From NCBI GenBank assembly GCA_028707455.1, contig JAQWAY010000003.1, positions 31,515-90,694 on the forward strand: a stretch of DNA of 59,180 bases, written 5' to 3'. This document shows, piece after piece, positions 18,603 to 27,994 of the stretch. Source of the DNA: Bacilli bacterium. GTDB taxonomy: Bacteria > Bacillota_I > Bacilli_A > RF39 > UBA660. Numbering within the stretch: position 1 is the stretch's first letter; each line of letters opens with the position of its first letter. The notes under the pieces were generated by a model, which ran no database searches, had not been told where the DNA came from, and saw nothing but the letters and a program-made list of their open reading frames with translations. The translations under genes were made by a program, and so were the position numbers.

Positions 18603-20036
18603 TTATTTATTTAATCTGTTTATTACTACTTCTTTACCTAATAAATAAATAGTATCAGGTAATTCAGGTCCATGCATTTGTCCTGAGATTTTTATTCTAA
18701 TTGGCATATATAACATCTTACCTTTAACATTAGCTTTTTCCTTAACATTATTGATAACATCCGTAATATTTTGAACTGTCCAATCAGATATATTATTGAT
18801 TTCTTCTTCAAAGACCTTTAATGTGTTCTCAACAGATGAATCGGTCATAAATTCCTTACATTCATCATTCATACTAATATCTTCTTTAAAAAATAAATCA
18901 GTTACTTCAACAATTTCTTTACCATAACTAATATGATTCTGGTAAATACTAACTAAATGTTTAACCCATTCGTCACTTTTATCACTTAAATCATAAGCAC
19001 TCTCTAAGTGAGGAACCGTAATTTTCACTAAATCATCAAGTTCCATCCTTTTGATGTAATGAGCATTTATCCAATTAAGTTTCTTAATATCATATATAGC
19101 TGGGGATTTACTAATTCTTTTTGGATTAAATATCTTAATTAAGTCATCCAATGTAAATATTTCATCAGTTGTTTCTGGTGACCACCCAAGTAAAGCTAAA
19201 TAATTAACTACTCCTTCAGGTAAATAACCATCATGATATAAATCCATAAATGATGCATCGCCATTTCGTTTACTTAACTTTAGACCATCTCCCCCTAAAA
19301 CCATAGGTAAATGAATATAAGTTGGTTTTTCCCAACCAAATGCTTCATATAATAAATTATATTTTGGGGTTGACATTAAATATTCATTACCCCTAGCAAC
19401 ATGAGTTATTTCCATTAAATGGTCATCAATTACATTAGCAAAATTATAAGTTGGAAAGCCATCAGATTTAAGTAATATTTGGTCTTCTAATATTTTATTT
19501 TCAACTGTTATTTCACCATAGACAACATCTTCATAAGTACTTATACCTTCTTTAGGCATCTTTTGTCTAATAACATATTTTTCACCATTGTTGATTCTTT
19601 TTTCTATTTCTTCTTTAGTTAAACTTTTACAATGTCCATCATATAAAAAAGCAACTCTTTTTTTGTCAGCATATTCACGAAGTTGAGCTAATCTATCTTC
19701 TGAGCAAAAGCAATAATAAGCTTTACCCATATCAACTAATTCATGAGCATATTTTTGATATATATCTAATCTTTCACTTTGAGTATATGGACCATAATTT
19801 CCTGGGTTATTAGGTCCTTCATCGAAATCAAGCCCACATAACTTACATGTATCATAAATAAATTCAACTGCACCTTCAACTCTTCTTGTTTGATCGGTAT
19901 CTTCAATTCTTAATAAAAAGTCGCCACCAAGGTTCTTCGCAATTAAATATTCAAAGATAGCACTCCTTAAATTACCAACATGCATAAAACCAGTAGGACT
20001 TGGAGCATATCTAGTTCTTACTCTCATTATATTCAC
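18603..20036 (-). CDS. gltX: Glutamyl-tRNA synthetase (probable start ATG at 20027, MRVRTRYAPSPTG)
   Basis: RYAPSPTGFMHVGNLR HIGH region, KLSKR. AGGTGA lies 5 nt before the ATG at 20027. Confidence 0.95.
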   Translation of the reverse strand: MNIMRVRTRYAPSPTGFMHVGNLRSAIFEYLIAKNLGGDFLLRIEDTDQTRRVEGAVEFIYDTCKLCGLDFDEGPNNPGNYGPYTQSERLDIYQKYAHELVDMGKAYYCFCSEDRLAQLREYADKKRVAFLYDGHCKSLTKEEIEKRINNGEKYVIRQKMPKEGISTYEDVVYGEITVENKILEDQILLKSDGFPTYNFANVIDDHLMEITHVARGNEYLMSTPKYNLLYEAFGWEKPTYIHLPMVLGGDGLKLSKRNGDASFMDLYHDGYLPEGVVNYLALLGWSPETTDEIFTLDDLIKIFNPKRISKSPAIYDIKKLNWINAHYIKRMELDDLVKITVPHLESAYDLSDKSDEWVKHLVSIYQNHISYGKEIVEVTDLFFKEDISMNDECKEFMTDSSVENTLKVFEEEINNISDWTVQNITDVINNVKEKANVKGKMLYMPIRIKISGQMHGPELPDTIYLLGKEVVINRLNK

Positions 20037-20488
20037 CTATTCTTTATATCGTTTTTTTCTAATCCCATTAACATTTCTTTCTTTTGATTAAAATGCGGAT
20101 ATACTTTATTGACACTACTATAGTCAATATTATTCCCGTTATTATCTTTTACATCACTAAACATATTAGGATCACCCATTAAATCTGTTTCAAACATATC
20201 AATATTGTCTTTAGTCATAAAATTATCAACAATTTGATTTTGAATATCTCCTAACATACTTTTACCAGTAACAAATCTTCCTTTAAAATTATAATTCATA
20301 ACATCAAGTAAACCTTTTACTTTACTCATATCATTACTTTTATCGATTAAAGCCTTATACATCATCTCGGAATCATTAGTAAAATAAGCAGTAGCTAATG
20401 TCTCAGGTTCAATGACATTACCTAATAAATTAATGATAACTCTCTCATCAATATACTTGTTACCATTATTCATCAAAATCACTTCCAT
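20033..20488 (-). CDS. Hypothetical protein (probable start ATG at 20473, MNNGNKY...), translationally coupled to neighbours
   Basis: The ORF overlaps the upstream ORF stop (ATGAATAA). Its TGA stop lies inside the gltX RBS. No family recognised. Confidence 0.5.
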   Translation of the reverse strand: MEVILMNNGNKYIDERVIINLLGNVIEPETLATAYFTNDSEMMYKALIDKSNDMSKVKGLLDVMNYNFKGRFVTGKSMLGDIQNQIVDNFMTKDNIDMFETDLMGDPNMFSDVKDNNGNNIDYSSVNKVYPHFNQKKEMLMGLEKNDIKNR

Positions 20489-20888
20489 TTCCGACTAAAA
20501 AATCAGCAAGCATCTCCGTAAAACCTACATTCAAAGCTACTAATTGATTATTATTATTAAATCCACTATATTTCCCATTAGCCGATATAATGTTTAATAA
20601 ACCAATCATTAATGTATTTTTACCATTACTTTTCTCGAGTTCATCGCCATTAATATAAAGTACATTGTTAATACCATCATACTCGATCGCATCTTTAACA
20701 ATAAAACGATTTCCACCACTAATTTTTAAGTTTTTAATGCGCTCATTAAAATTATTTAAATTAACATTTGGTAATTTAGAATTAAATATTCTCATTAATT
20801 CTTCAATATCTGTTTTCACTTCTAAATCAATATGAGGATTTTGTTCTAATGATAACTTCACTTGTTCAAGCATTTCCATTTTAACCAC
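20466..20888 (-). CDS. Hypothetical protein, first gene of the apparent hyp-hyp-gltX unit
   Basis: 140 aa ORF with RBS GTAGGTGG. No family recognised. Confidence 0.5.
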   Translation of the reverse strand: MVKMEMLEQVKLSLEQNPHIDLEVKTDIEELMRIFNSKLPNVNLNNFNERIKNLKISGGNRFIVKDAIEYDGINNVLYINGDELEKSNGKNTLMIGLLNIISANGKYSGFNNNNQLVALNVGFTEMLADFLVGNGSDFDE

Positions 20889-21067
20889 CTACTAGTATTT
20901 TACCATATTTTCCAAATAAATGAAATATCTTTTTAAAATAATTATTTTCACTTATAAGATATTAATCTATCTTTAATTTTTATAATATGATTGATATCTT
21001 AAAATAGTAACTACATCTATTAACCCTTAATAGATAAATTATTTTGATTATATCATATTTAATACAA

Positions 21068-21095
21068 AAAGATGAAAATTATTTTTCATCTTTTA
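21068..21095 (-). terminator. Intrinsic terminator of nifJ (overlaps the stop codon)
   Basis: Hairpin AAAGATGAAAA-ATAA-TTTTCATCTTT plus a U-run on the minus strand. Confidence 0.6.
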
Positions 21096-24000
21096 CTAAA
21101 CTTTTATAATATTCAAATCTTTTAATAGAATATTCCTTATTCGCTTGAACTAATTCTGTTGCATGATTTGGATTTAAGACATGCAATAAACTATAACGTC
21201 TTTGAGATAAAAGGAAATCTTCATATAAATCAAAATCAACATCTTTACTATCTAAACTGAATGTTTCTGTTTCTGGATTATATCTGAATATTGGGAAATA
21301 ACCACATTTGGTTGCTAGTTTTTCACTTTCAACACTATTTACTAATCCACCTTTAATACCATGAGCGATACATGGAGTATAGGCAATTACAATTGAAGGT
21401 CCCTTGTGTTTAGCTGCTTCACTAAAGGCTTTAATTAATTGTGCTGGATTAGCACCTAAACTAACTTGAGCTACATAAACATGGGGATAAGACATCGCAA
21501 TTCTAGCTAAATCTTTCTTGTTATGATTTTTACCAGCAGATGCAAAGGCTGCAATAGCACCTTTATGAGTCGCTTTTGATGATTGCCCTCCAGTATTAGA
21601 ATATACTTGACTATCAAGAACTAGAATATTAACATCATCGTTACTTGCTAAAACGTGATCAATACCACCAAAGCCAATATCATATGCCCAACCATCTCCA
21701 CCAATTGTCCAAATTACACGACTAATTAAATAATCTTTTAATTCTGTTATTTCCTTTGGAACAGTTTGATAATCTAAACTATCATATACTTCTTTAGTAA
21801 TTTTATAATCTTCCATGTTGTCAATCCAACGCTTAAATAATTCTTGATTTGGATTATCCATATTATCTTCCATAATATTTTTTAACCGATTACGAATAAC
21901 TTTATTAGCTATTAACATTCCGTAACCATATTCTGCATTATCCTCAAATAATGAACTAGCCCATGGAACATTGTAAGCCATACTTGGGGTACTTGCACTA
22001 TAAATTGATGAACATCCTGTTGCATTAGCAATAATCATATTATCACCATACATTTGAGTTAAAAGTTTAATATAAGCCGTTTCACCACAACCAGCACAAG
22101 CTCCGCTATAACAGAATTTAGACTCATTAAATTGAGTACCAATTACATTGTTTAAATCAATCGGTTTAACTGTTACATTTTCACTTAAGTAATTAAACAT
22201 TTCTTGTTCTTTATCTTTTAATCGTTCATCCAAACTATCAAAAGCAAGAGCTTTCTCACCCTTTTTACCTGGGCAAGTTTTTATACATACTCCACAACCA
22301 GTACAATCCATAATTGAAAACGATAAGATATAATGATAATCCTTTAATGCTGGTAAGATAGGTTTTAAACATCTATCTTGAATATATTTAGGTGCTTTAT
22401 CGAATTCTTCATCACTTAATAAGAATGGTCTAATAACACTATGAGGACAAACAAATGAACATTGATTACACATAATACAATTTTCACTTATCCATTTTGG
22501 AACATTGTCATTAATAGCACGTTTATCTCTAGCACTAGTCAATGCTTCAAAAGAACCATCTGCAATATCTAAAAATGATGAGATAGGTAATGAATCACCT
22601 CTGCGTTCATTGATTTCATTATATAAGTCAGATCCCCTATCAACAGGTTCTACCACTTTATCTTCTTTTATATTAACTAATTCTAAATAGTCCGCTGCTT
22701 CATCAATAGCACGATAATTAGCATTTAAAACTTGTTCTCCCTTATCAAAATAATTCTTTTTAGCTTCTTTTTTCATCTCTTCTTTAGCTTCTTCATAATC
22801 TAAAATATTACTTAACTTCATAATAACACTTTCCATAATTGTACTAATTTTATTACCAAGTCCTACTTTAGCCGCTAAACTATACGCATCTATTTTATAA
22901 AACTTAATATTACGTTCAATCAATATTTTTCTAACACTATCATTAATCTTTTCTAATTCTTGAACACTATTGTCAGTATTTAATAAAAACACGCCATTCT
23001 CTTTAATATTATTTAACATCTCATATTTATCAATATATCCTTCTTTAGTACATACCACTAATTTAGGATTATTAACAAAATAAGTTGATTTAATCACATC
23101 ATCATTAAACCTTAAATGACTAACGGTTACTCCTCCTGATTTTTTAGAATCATATTCAAAATAACCTTGAACATATTTATTAGTATTAGTACCAACTATT
23201 TTCATAATTGATTTTGAGGCACTAACCATACCATCACTACCATAACCATATATTAAGAATTCTAGTGAATCGCTAATCTTAAAGTTAGGATCAATTGGTA
23301 AACTTAAATTAGTAACATCATCGATAATACCAATCGTAAAATTATGAAATGGTTTCTTATCAAGCATGTCATAGACTGCTTTTATTTGAGCTGGATCAGT
23401 ATCTTTACTAGATAATCCATATCTTCCACCAACAATCGTAATATCTTTACCTTTTAAAGCCGAAACAAGATCTAAATATAAAGGTTCACCAATACTACCT
23501 GGTTCTTTAGTACGATCTAGTACAGCAATCCTTTTAACTGTTTTTGGTAAAACATCTAATAAATAATCAACTGCAAATGGTCGATATAAATGAACTTCTA
23601 TTAAACCTATTTTACCATTTAAGTAATCAATGGTTTCTTTAATCGTTTCACAAACTGAACCCATAGCAACAATAACATTTTCAGCATCTTCAGCACCATA
23701 ATAGTTAAATGGTTTATAATCAGTCCCTGCTTTTTCATTAATAGCTTTCATATAATCATTAACAATATTAGGAATGGCATCATAAAATTTATTTCTAACT
23801 TCCGTCATTTGAAAATAGATATCACCATTTTGAGCAGTACCTCTAGTAATTGGTTTTAATGGATTTAAAGCTTTATCACGAAATCTTGCTAAAGCTTCAT
23901 GATCAAGCATTGTTGCATAATCTTCTTTTTCTAGTACTTCAATCTTATTGATTTCATGACTTGTTCTAAACCCATCAAAAAAGTGCAGAAAAGGTAAACT

Positions 24001-24486
24001 ACCTTTAATTGCTGATAGATGAGCCACTGCTGCTAAATAAGCTGCATCTTGAACCGAAGAAGATGCCAACATACAAAATCCGGTTTGTCTAGTAGCATAA
24101 ATATCTTGATGATCACCAAAAATACTTAGGGCATGAGTTGATAAACTACGAGCCGCTACATGTAATACTCCCGGTAACATTTCCCCTGCCATTTTATACA
24201 TATTAGGAATCATTAATAATAATCCTTGACTAGCCGTAAAAGTAGTTGTCAGACAACCTGCTTGTAGAGAACCATGAACAAGTCCCGCAGCACCAGCCTC
24301 ACTTTGCATTTCAACAACTTTAACCTTATCATTAAATAGATTAAGTCTTTCCTTATTACCCCAATCATCTACTAATTCAGCCATTGGGCTTGAAGGAGTA
24401 ATTGGATATATCCCTGCTAATTCAGTAAACATGTAAGCTGTATTAGCACATGCTTCATTTCCATCTACAGTAATAATTTTCTTCAT
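21079..24486 (-). CDS. nifJ: Pyruvate:ferredoxin (flavodoxin) oxidoreductase
   Basis: 1135 aa single-chain PFOR. N-terminus MKKIITVDGNEACANTAYMFTELAGIYPITPSSPMAE, two 4Fe-4S CxxCxxCxxxCP motifs, TPP-binding GGDGWAYDIG. Confidence 0.95.
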   Translation of the reverse strand: MKKIITVDGNEACANTAYMFTELAGIYPITPSSPMAELVDDWGNKERLNLFNDKVKVVEMQSEAGAAGLVHGSLQAGCLTTTFTASQGLLLMIPNMYKMAGEMLPGVLHVAARSLSTHALSIFGDHQDIYATRQTGFCMLASSSVQDAAYLAAVAHLSAIKGSLPFLHFFDGFRTSHEINKIEVLEKEDYATMLDHEALARFRDKALNPLKPITRGTAQNGDIYFQMTEVRNKFYDAIPNIVNDYMKAINEKAGTDYKPFNYYGAEDAENVIVAMGSVCETIKETIDYLNGKIGLIEVHLYRPFAVDYLLDVLPKTVKRIAVLDRTKEPGSIGEPLYLDLVSALKGKDITIVGGRYGLSSKDTDPAQIKAVYDMLDKKPFHNFTIGIIDDVTNLSLPIDPNFKISDSLEFLIYGYGSDGMVSASKSIMKIVGTNTNKYVQGYFEYDSKKSGGVTVSHLRFNDDVIKSTYFVNNPKLVVCTKEGYIDKYEMLNNIKENGVFLLNTDNSVQELEKINDSVRKILIERNIKFYKIDAYSLAAKVGLGNKISTIMESVIMKLSNILDYEEAKEEMKKEAKKNYFDKGEQVLNANYRAIDEAADYLELVNIKEDKVVEPVDRGSDLYNEINERRGDSLPISSFLDIADGSFEALTSARDKRAINDNVPKWISENCIMCNQCSFVCPHSVIRPFLLSDEEFDKAPKYIQDRCLKPILPALKDYHYILSFSIMDCTGCGVCIKTCPGKKGEKALAFDSLDERLKDKEQEMFNYLSENVTVKPIDLNNVIGTQFNESKFCYSGACAGCGETAYIKLLTQMYGDNMIIANATGCSSIYSASTPSMAYNVPWASSLFEDNAEYGYGMLIANKVIRNRLKNIMEDNMDNPNQELFKRWIDNMEDYKITKEVYDSLDYQTVPKEITELKDYLISRVIWTIGGDGWAYDIGFGGIDHVLASNDDVNILVLDSQVYSNTGGQSSKATHKGAIAAFASAGKNHNKKDLARIAMSYPHVYVAQVSLGANPAQLIKAFSEAAKHKGPSIVIAYTPCIAHGIKGGLVNSVESEKLATKCGYFPIFRYNPETETFSLDSKDVDFDLYEDFLLSQRRYSLLHVLNPNHATELVQANKEYSIKRFEYYKSLVKDEK

Positions 24487-24516
24487 ACTTTCCTCTTTTC
24501 TACTTTGACTAATTAA

Positions 24517-24525
24517 ATTATATCA
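24517..24525 (-). promoter_or_regulatory. Possible extended -10 promoter element (TGaTATAAT) for nifJ
   Basis: rc of 24517-24525 is TGATATAAT, about 30 nt upstream of the nifJ ATG. No good -35 at proper spacing. Confidence 0.35.
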
Positions 24526-24537
24526 CATTTATGATGT

Positions 24538-24562
24538 CAAAAAAAGAGACTTCTTAGTCTCT
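24538..24562 (-). terminator. Second intrinsic terminator downstream of the tRNA
   Basis: Hairpin AGAGACT-AAGA-AGTCTCT followed by U7 on the minus strand. Confidence 0.55.
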
Positions 24563-24593
24563 AACTTTATTCTTTACATAATATAAATATTCT

Positions 24594-24625
24594 ATAAAAT
24601 AAAAACAAATATAAAAATATTTGTT
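24594..24625 (-). terminator. Intrinsic terminator immediately after tRNA-Ile(UAU)
   Basis: Hairpin AACAAATAT-TTT-TATATTTGTT followed by UUUUAUUUU. Confidence 0.55.
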
Positions 24626-24635
24626 ACCTACAAGC

Positions 24636-24711
24636 TGGTGCTCGTTGATGGACTTGAACCACCGACCGCTGAGATATAAGCTCAGAACTCTAACCACTGA
24701 GTTAAACGAGC
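24636..24711 (-). tRNA. tRNA-Ile with anticodon UAU (reads AUA), CCA encoded
   Basis: Hand-folded sequence: GCTCGTT-TA-ACTC-AGTGGTTA-GAGT-T-CTGAG-CTTATAT-CTCAG-CGGTC-GGTGG-TTCAAGT-CCATC-AACGAGC-A-CCA. All four stems pair. The 7-nt anticodon loop is C-U-UAU-A-U. Discriminator is A73. Confidence 0.85.
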
Positions 24712-24725
24712 ATAAGATTAAATAC

Positions 24726-24754
24726 ATTATATTCCTATTTATTAAATTAAGCAA
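24726..24754 (-). promoter_or_regulatory. Sigma-A promoter for the tRNA (TTGCTT-17 nt-TATAAT)
   Basis: rc of 24749-24754 is TTGCTT and rc of 24726-24731 is TATAAT. The tRNA 5' end is about 14 nt downstream. Confidence 0.5.
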
Positions 24755-24785
24755 CATTTTTTAATTATTATATTATTTAAAGGTT

Positions 24786-24816
24786 AAAAAAATAAGTATG
24801 ATTCATACTTATTTTA
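24786..24816 (-). terminator. Intrinsic terminator of the rlmN-rpe operon
   Basis: Hairpin AAATAAGTATG-AAT-CATACTTATTT plus a U-run, overlapping the rpe stop. Confidence 0.6.
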
Positions 24817-25441
24817 ATTTATTTATTTGTTCATTATAGTTATCACTGTTGGTTATATAACTACCTACAACAATTATATCAGCATTACGACATAACTTAA
24901 TTGTTTCATCATTGATGCCACCATCTACTTCGATTACATAATGATAATAATTATTTTCATCTCGTAATTCTTTTAAAATATTAATTTTAGATGAAGCACT
25001 TTCAATAAAGTCTTGGCCACCTTTACCTGGTTCAACACTCATAATTAAAACTAAATCAATCAGTGATAAGTAAGGAATAATACTAACAATATCAGTGTTA
25101 GGTTTAATTGATAAACCTACTTTAATATTTTTACTTTTAATATAATTAATCGTTTCCTCAATATCATCTACAGCTTCAAAATGAATAGTAATGTAATCAG
25201 GATTAAGGGTACTAAAGTCATCAATATATGTTTTTACATCACTAACCATTAGATGAACATCTTTAGGTCTATTAGTACCAGTTAATAATTCCTTAATTGT
25301 TTCAATATCCCATGTTTTATTAGAAACAAACTTACCATCCATAATATCTAAATGTAGGTAATCAATATTACTTTGATCAAGCACTAATATATTTTCTTTT
25401 AAATTATCTTTAATGGATAAAAAGGATGCTGATATTTTCAT
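24809..25441 (-). CDS. rpe: Ribulose-phosphate 3-epimerase
   Basis: 210 aa. HLDIMDG, MSVEPG.GGQ.F and DGGIN motifs. Confidence 0.9.
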   Translation of the reverse strand: MKISASFLSIKDNLKENILVLDQSNIDYLHLDIMDGKFVSNKTWDIETIKELLTGTNRPKDVHLMVSDVKTYIDDFSTLNPDYITIHFEAVDDIEETINYIKSKNIKVGLSIKPNTDIVSIIPYLSLIDLVLIMSVEPGKGGQDFIESASSKINILKELRDENNYYHYVIEVDGGINDETIKLCRNADIIVVGSYITNSDNYNEQINKLK

Positions 25442-26295
25442 ATATTCCTCCTATTATTTTCTTCAATGAATTTTAAATAATTATCATATCTACTTCTTAA
25501 AATAGTTTTATCTTTAACTTTATTCTTTATTTCACATTTAGTTTCATTCTTATGCATACAGTCACGATATTGACAATCCTCACGATAACTATTAAATTCA
25601 ATAAAATTATCTCTTATATCAGAGGGAGTCATATCATTAAAACTAATAGCTGAGAAGCCAGGAGTATCGGCTACTAATCCGCCATATAATTCTAATAATT
25701 CAACATGTCTAGTAGTATGTTTTCCTCTTCCTAAAGAATAAGATATTTCATTCGTTTCAATGTTTAAATTATCATCTAAACGATTTAATAAAGTTGATTT
25801 ACCAGCTCCACTTTGACCAGTAAAAACAGATACTTTACCTGTAAATAATGCTTTAATTTTATCTAATTCGATATTAAGATAAACTTGATAACCAATCGTT
25901 TTATAATAATCAATAATTTTATTTATATCAGATAATTCATTATCCGATAATAAATCTAATTTTGATAAACAAATAATTGGTAAAATATTATTATATTCAA
26001 TAATTGCTAGTAACTTATCCAATAAATTTAAATCCAAATTAGGATGTTTAACACTCGTAATAATGATAACTTGGTCAATATTACTTAAAGTTGGTCTGTT
26101 TAATTCATTACGTCTAGGTAGTACATCTAATATATAATTGTTTTCTTCATCAATAATAACATTATCCCCTACTAAAGGTGTAATATTTAGATTTCGAAAT
26201 TTACCTCTAGCTTTACATATATATCTTTTATCATTAATTAAAACGGTATAATCATTACTAATTATCTTTATTATTTTTCCTTGCATATTACTCAT
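25438..26295 (-). CDS. rsgA: Ribosome small-subunit biogenesis GTPase RsgA (YloQ/CpgA)
   Basis: Circularly permuted GTPase: SKLDL, then GQSGAGKSTLLN. C-terminal zinc finger C..RDC.H..E..C. Confidence 0.9.
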   Translation of the reverse strand: MSNMQGKIIKIISNDYTVLINDKRYICKARGKFRNLNITPLVGDNVIIDEENNYILDVLPRRNELNRPTLSNIDQVIIITSVKHPNLDLNLLDKLLAIIEYNNILPIICLSKLDLLSDNELSDINKIIDYYKTIGYQVYLNIELDKIKALFTGKVSVFTGQSGAGKSTLLNRLDDNLNIETNEISYSLGRGKHTTRHVELLELYGGLVADTPGFSAISFNDMTPSDIRDNFIEFNSYREDCQYRDCMHKNETKCEIKNKVKDKTILRSRYDNYLKFIEENNRRNI

Positions 26296-27994
26296 TTACT
26301 TCTGGTTCAGGATTTTCTTCGGCTGAAACTTCAATAATTAAGTTCGCACCACTTTCCACTTTAGAACCAGCTGCCCTACTTTGTGAAATAATTGTTCCAG
26401 CTGGGTATTGACTAGTTGGACGATAATTAATTGTTAAACTAATGTTATATTCATTACAAAACTTTTCAATAGCAGAAACACTATATCCTTCAGCCCTAAA
26501 GTCTGGATATTCCGTAAAAATATCAGGAATATATAATGTAACCGTATCTCCTTCAGCTAATCTTGTACCTTCAGCTGGTTTTTGCTCTAAAATCTCATTT
26601 TCTTTAACAGCTGTTTTATCTTCAATCGTTGACTTTTTAGTAATAACATATATACCTTTAGCTTCCAAGAAACCTTTGACTTCAAAATAGTTTTGTCCTT
26701 TGTAGTCTTCAAGCAAGAATGTATTGCTTCCTAAAGAAAGAATCAAGGTAACTTCTTTATTCTTTTTTACTGATTGACCAGGTTTTGGTTTAGTTGTAAT
26801 AACCATTCCTTCTTCTATTTCATTATCATATTTTTCTTCAATATCAGTACTAACTGATAAACCAAGTTTCTTTAGTTTCTTTTCTGCATCAACGACACTA
26901 AGTCCAGCAACATCTGGGATTTCCACTTCTGGGACTTCCGTTAATTTAGGAAAGATGATAACAAAAGCACCAATAAGAATCAATAAAACAAAACAAATAG
27001 AACCAGTAATCCATAAAGCAAGATTGATTTTTTTATCACCCTTTTCTTCCTTTCCATCATTTTTTAAATTCTTTTCTAAACGAGTTAGATTAGGAAGAGA
27101 CTTAGTTTCTTCTAATTCTTGTTCTGGATATTTATAAACTACTCTTTCTTCGTTGATTTTTTCATCATCTAAAGCCATTTTTAAATCCTCATACATTTCA
27201 GTTACTGAATCATATCGATTCTTTGGATTTTTAGCTGTTGCTTTAAAAACAATGTTTTCAATTGATTGTGGAATATCAGGATTGGTTTTACGAACACTTG
27301 GTATTTTTTCTTTCATTTGTTTTAATGCTACTTCAACCGCATTATCTCCTTTAAAAGGAACCTTACCTGTTAGTAATTCAAACATTAAAATACCTAATGA
27401 ATAAATATCACTTTTTATAGTTGCTCCACTACCATTAGCTTGTTCTGGTGGTAGATAATGAACTGACCCCATCACTGAATTAGTTTGAGTTAATTCAGTC
27501 GCATTAGATGCAATCGCAATCCCAAAATCCGTTATTTTTACTCTACCGTCATCTAAAATCATAACATTTTGTGGTTTAATATCACGATGAATTATATAAC
27601 TTTCATGTGCGCAAGCAATAGCTGAAGTTAATTGTAACATAATATCAATTATCTCAGGAATAATTAATGGTCCTCTTTTTTTAATAACTGTTTTCAATGT
27701 TTTACCATCGATATATTCCATAACAATAAAGTATTGTCCATTATCTTCTCCAACATCATACATCTCAACTATATTAGGATGTGATAAAGATGAAGCAGAG
27801 ATAGCTTCCCTTTGAAATTTTTTAACAAATTTATCGTCAGTAGCTAAATCCCCTCTTAATATTTTAACTGCGACATTACGGTCTAATATTGTATCATGTG
27901 CTAAATAAACATTAGCCATTCCACCTTCGCCAATAGTTCGAATAATTTGATAACGCTCATTAATTTTTTGTCCTTTAATTATCATTCTTATCAC
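26288..27994 (-). CDS. prkC: Ser/Thr protein kinase with extracellular PASTA repeats (PrkC/PknB type)
   Basis: Hanks kinase motifs (GEGGMANVY, HRDIKPQN, DFG, SPE), one TM, three PASTA-like repeats. Confidence 0.9.
   Translation of the reverse strand: MIRMIIKGQKINERYQIIRTIGEGGMANVYLAHDTILDRNVAVKILRGDLATDDKFVKKFQREAISASSLSHPNIVEMYDVGEDNGQYFIVMEYIDGKTLKTVIKKRGPLIIPEIIDIMLQLTSAIACAHESYIIHRDIKPQNVMILDDGRVKITDFGIAIASNATELTQTNSVMGSVHYLPPEQANGSGATIKSDIYSLGILMFELLTGKVPFKGDNAVEVALKQMKEKIPSVRKTNPDIPQSIENIVFKATAKNPKNRYDSVTEMYEDLKMALDDEKINEERVVYKYPEQELEETKSLPNLTRLEKNLKNDGKEEKGDKKINLALWITGSICFVLLILIGAFVIIFPKLTEVPEVEIPDVAGLSVVDAEKKLKKLGLSVSTDIEEKYDNEIEEGMVITTKPKPGQSVKKNKEVTLILSLGSNTFLLEDYKGQNYFEVKGFLEAKGIYVITKKSTIEDKTAVKENEILEQKPAEGTRLAEGDTVTLYIPDIFTEYPDFRAEGYSVSAIEKFCNEYNISLTINYRPTSQYPAGTIISQSRAAGSKVESGANLIIEVSAEENPEPEVNE

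Noticed and set aside
20466-20488. Possible frameshifted pseudogene, with the two hypothetical ORFs as one broken gene
   Set aside because: The junction has the typical coupled stop/start overlap (ATGAATAA), with a purine-rich stretch upstream. Two intact coupled genes are more parsimonious. This cannot be excluded without homologues.
24531-24545. TTGACA hexamer upstream of the nifJ TATAAT
   Set aside because: The spacing to the TATAAT is only 12 nt, so it cannot serve as its -35. I kept only the extended -10 call, at low confidence.
24554-24757. 67-aa minus-strand ORF from the ORF track
   Set aside because: It is entirely explained by the tRNA-Ile(UAU) gene, its promoter and its terminators. 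It has no RBS and an implausible composition.
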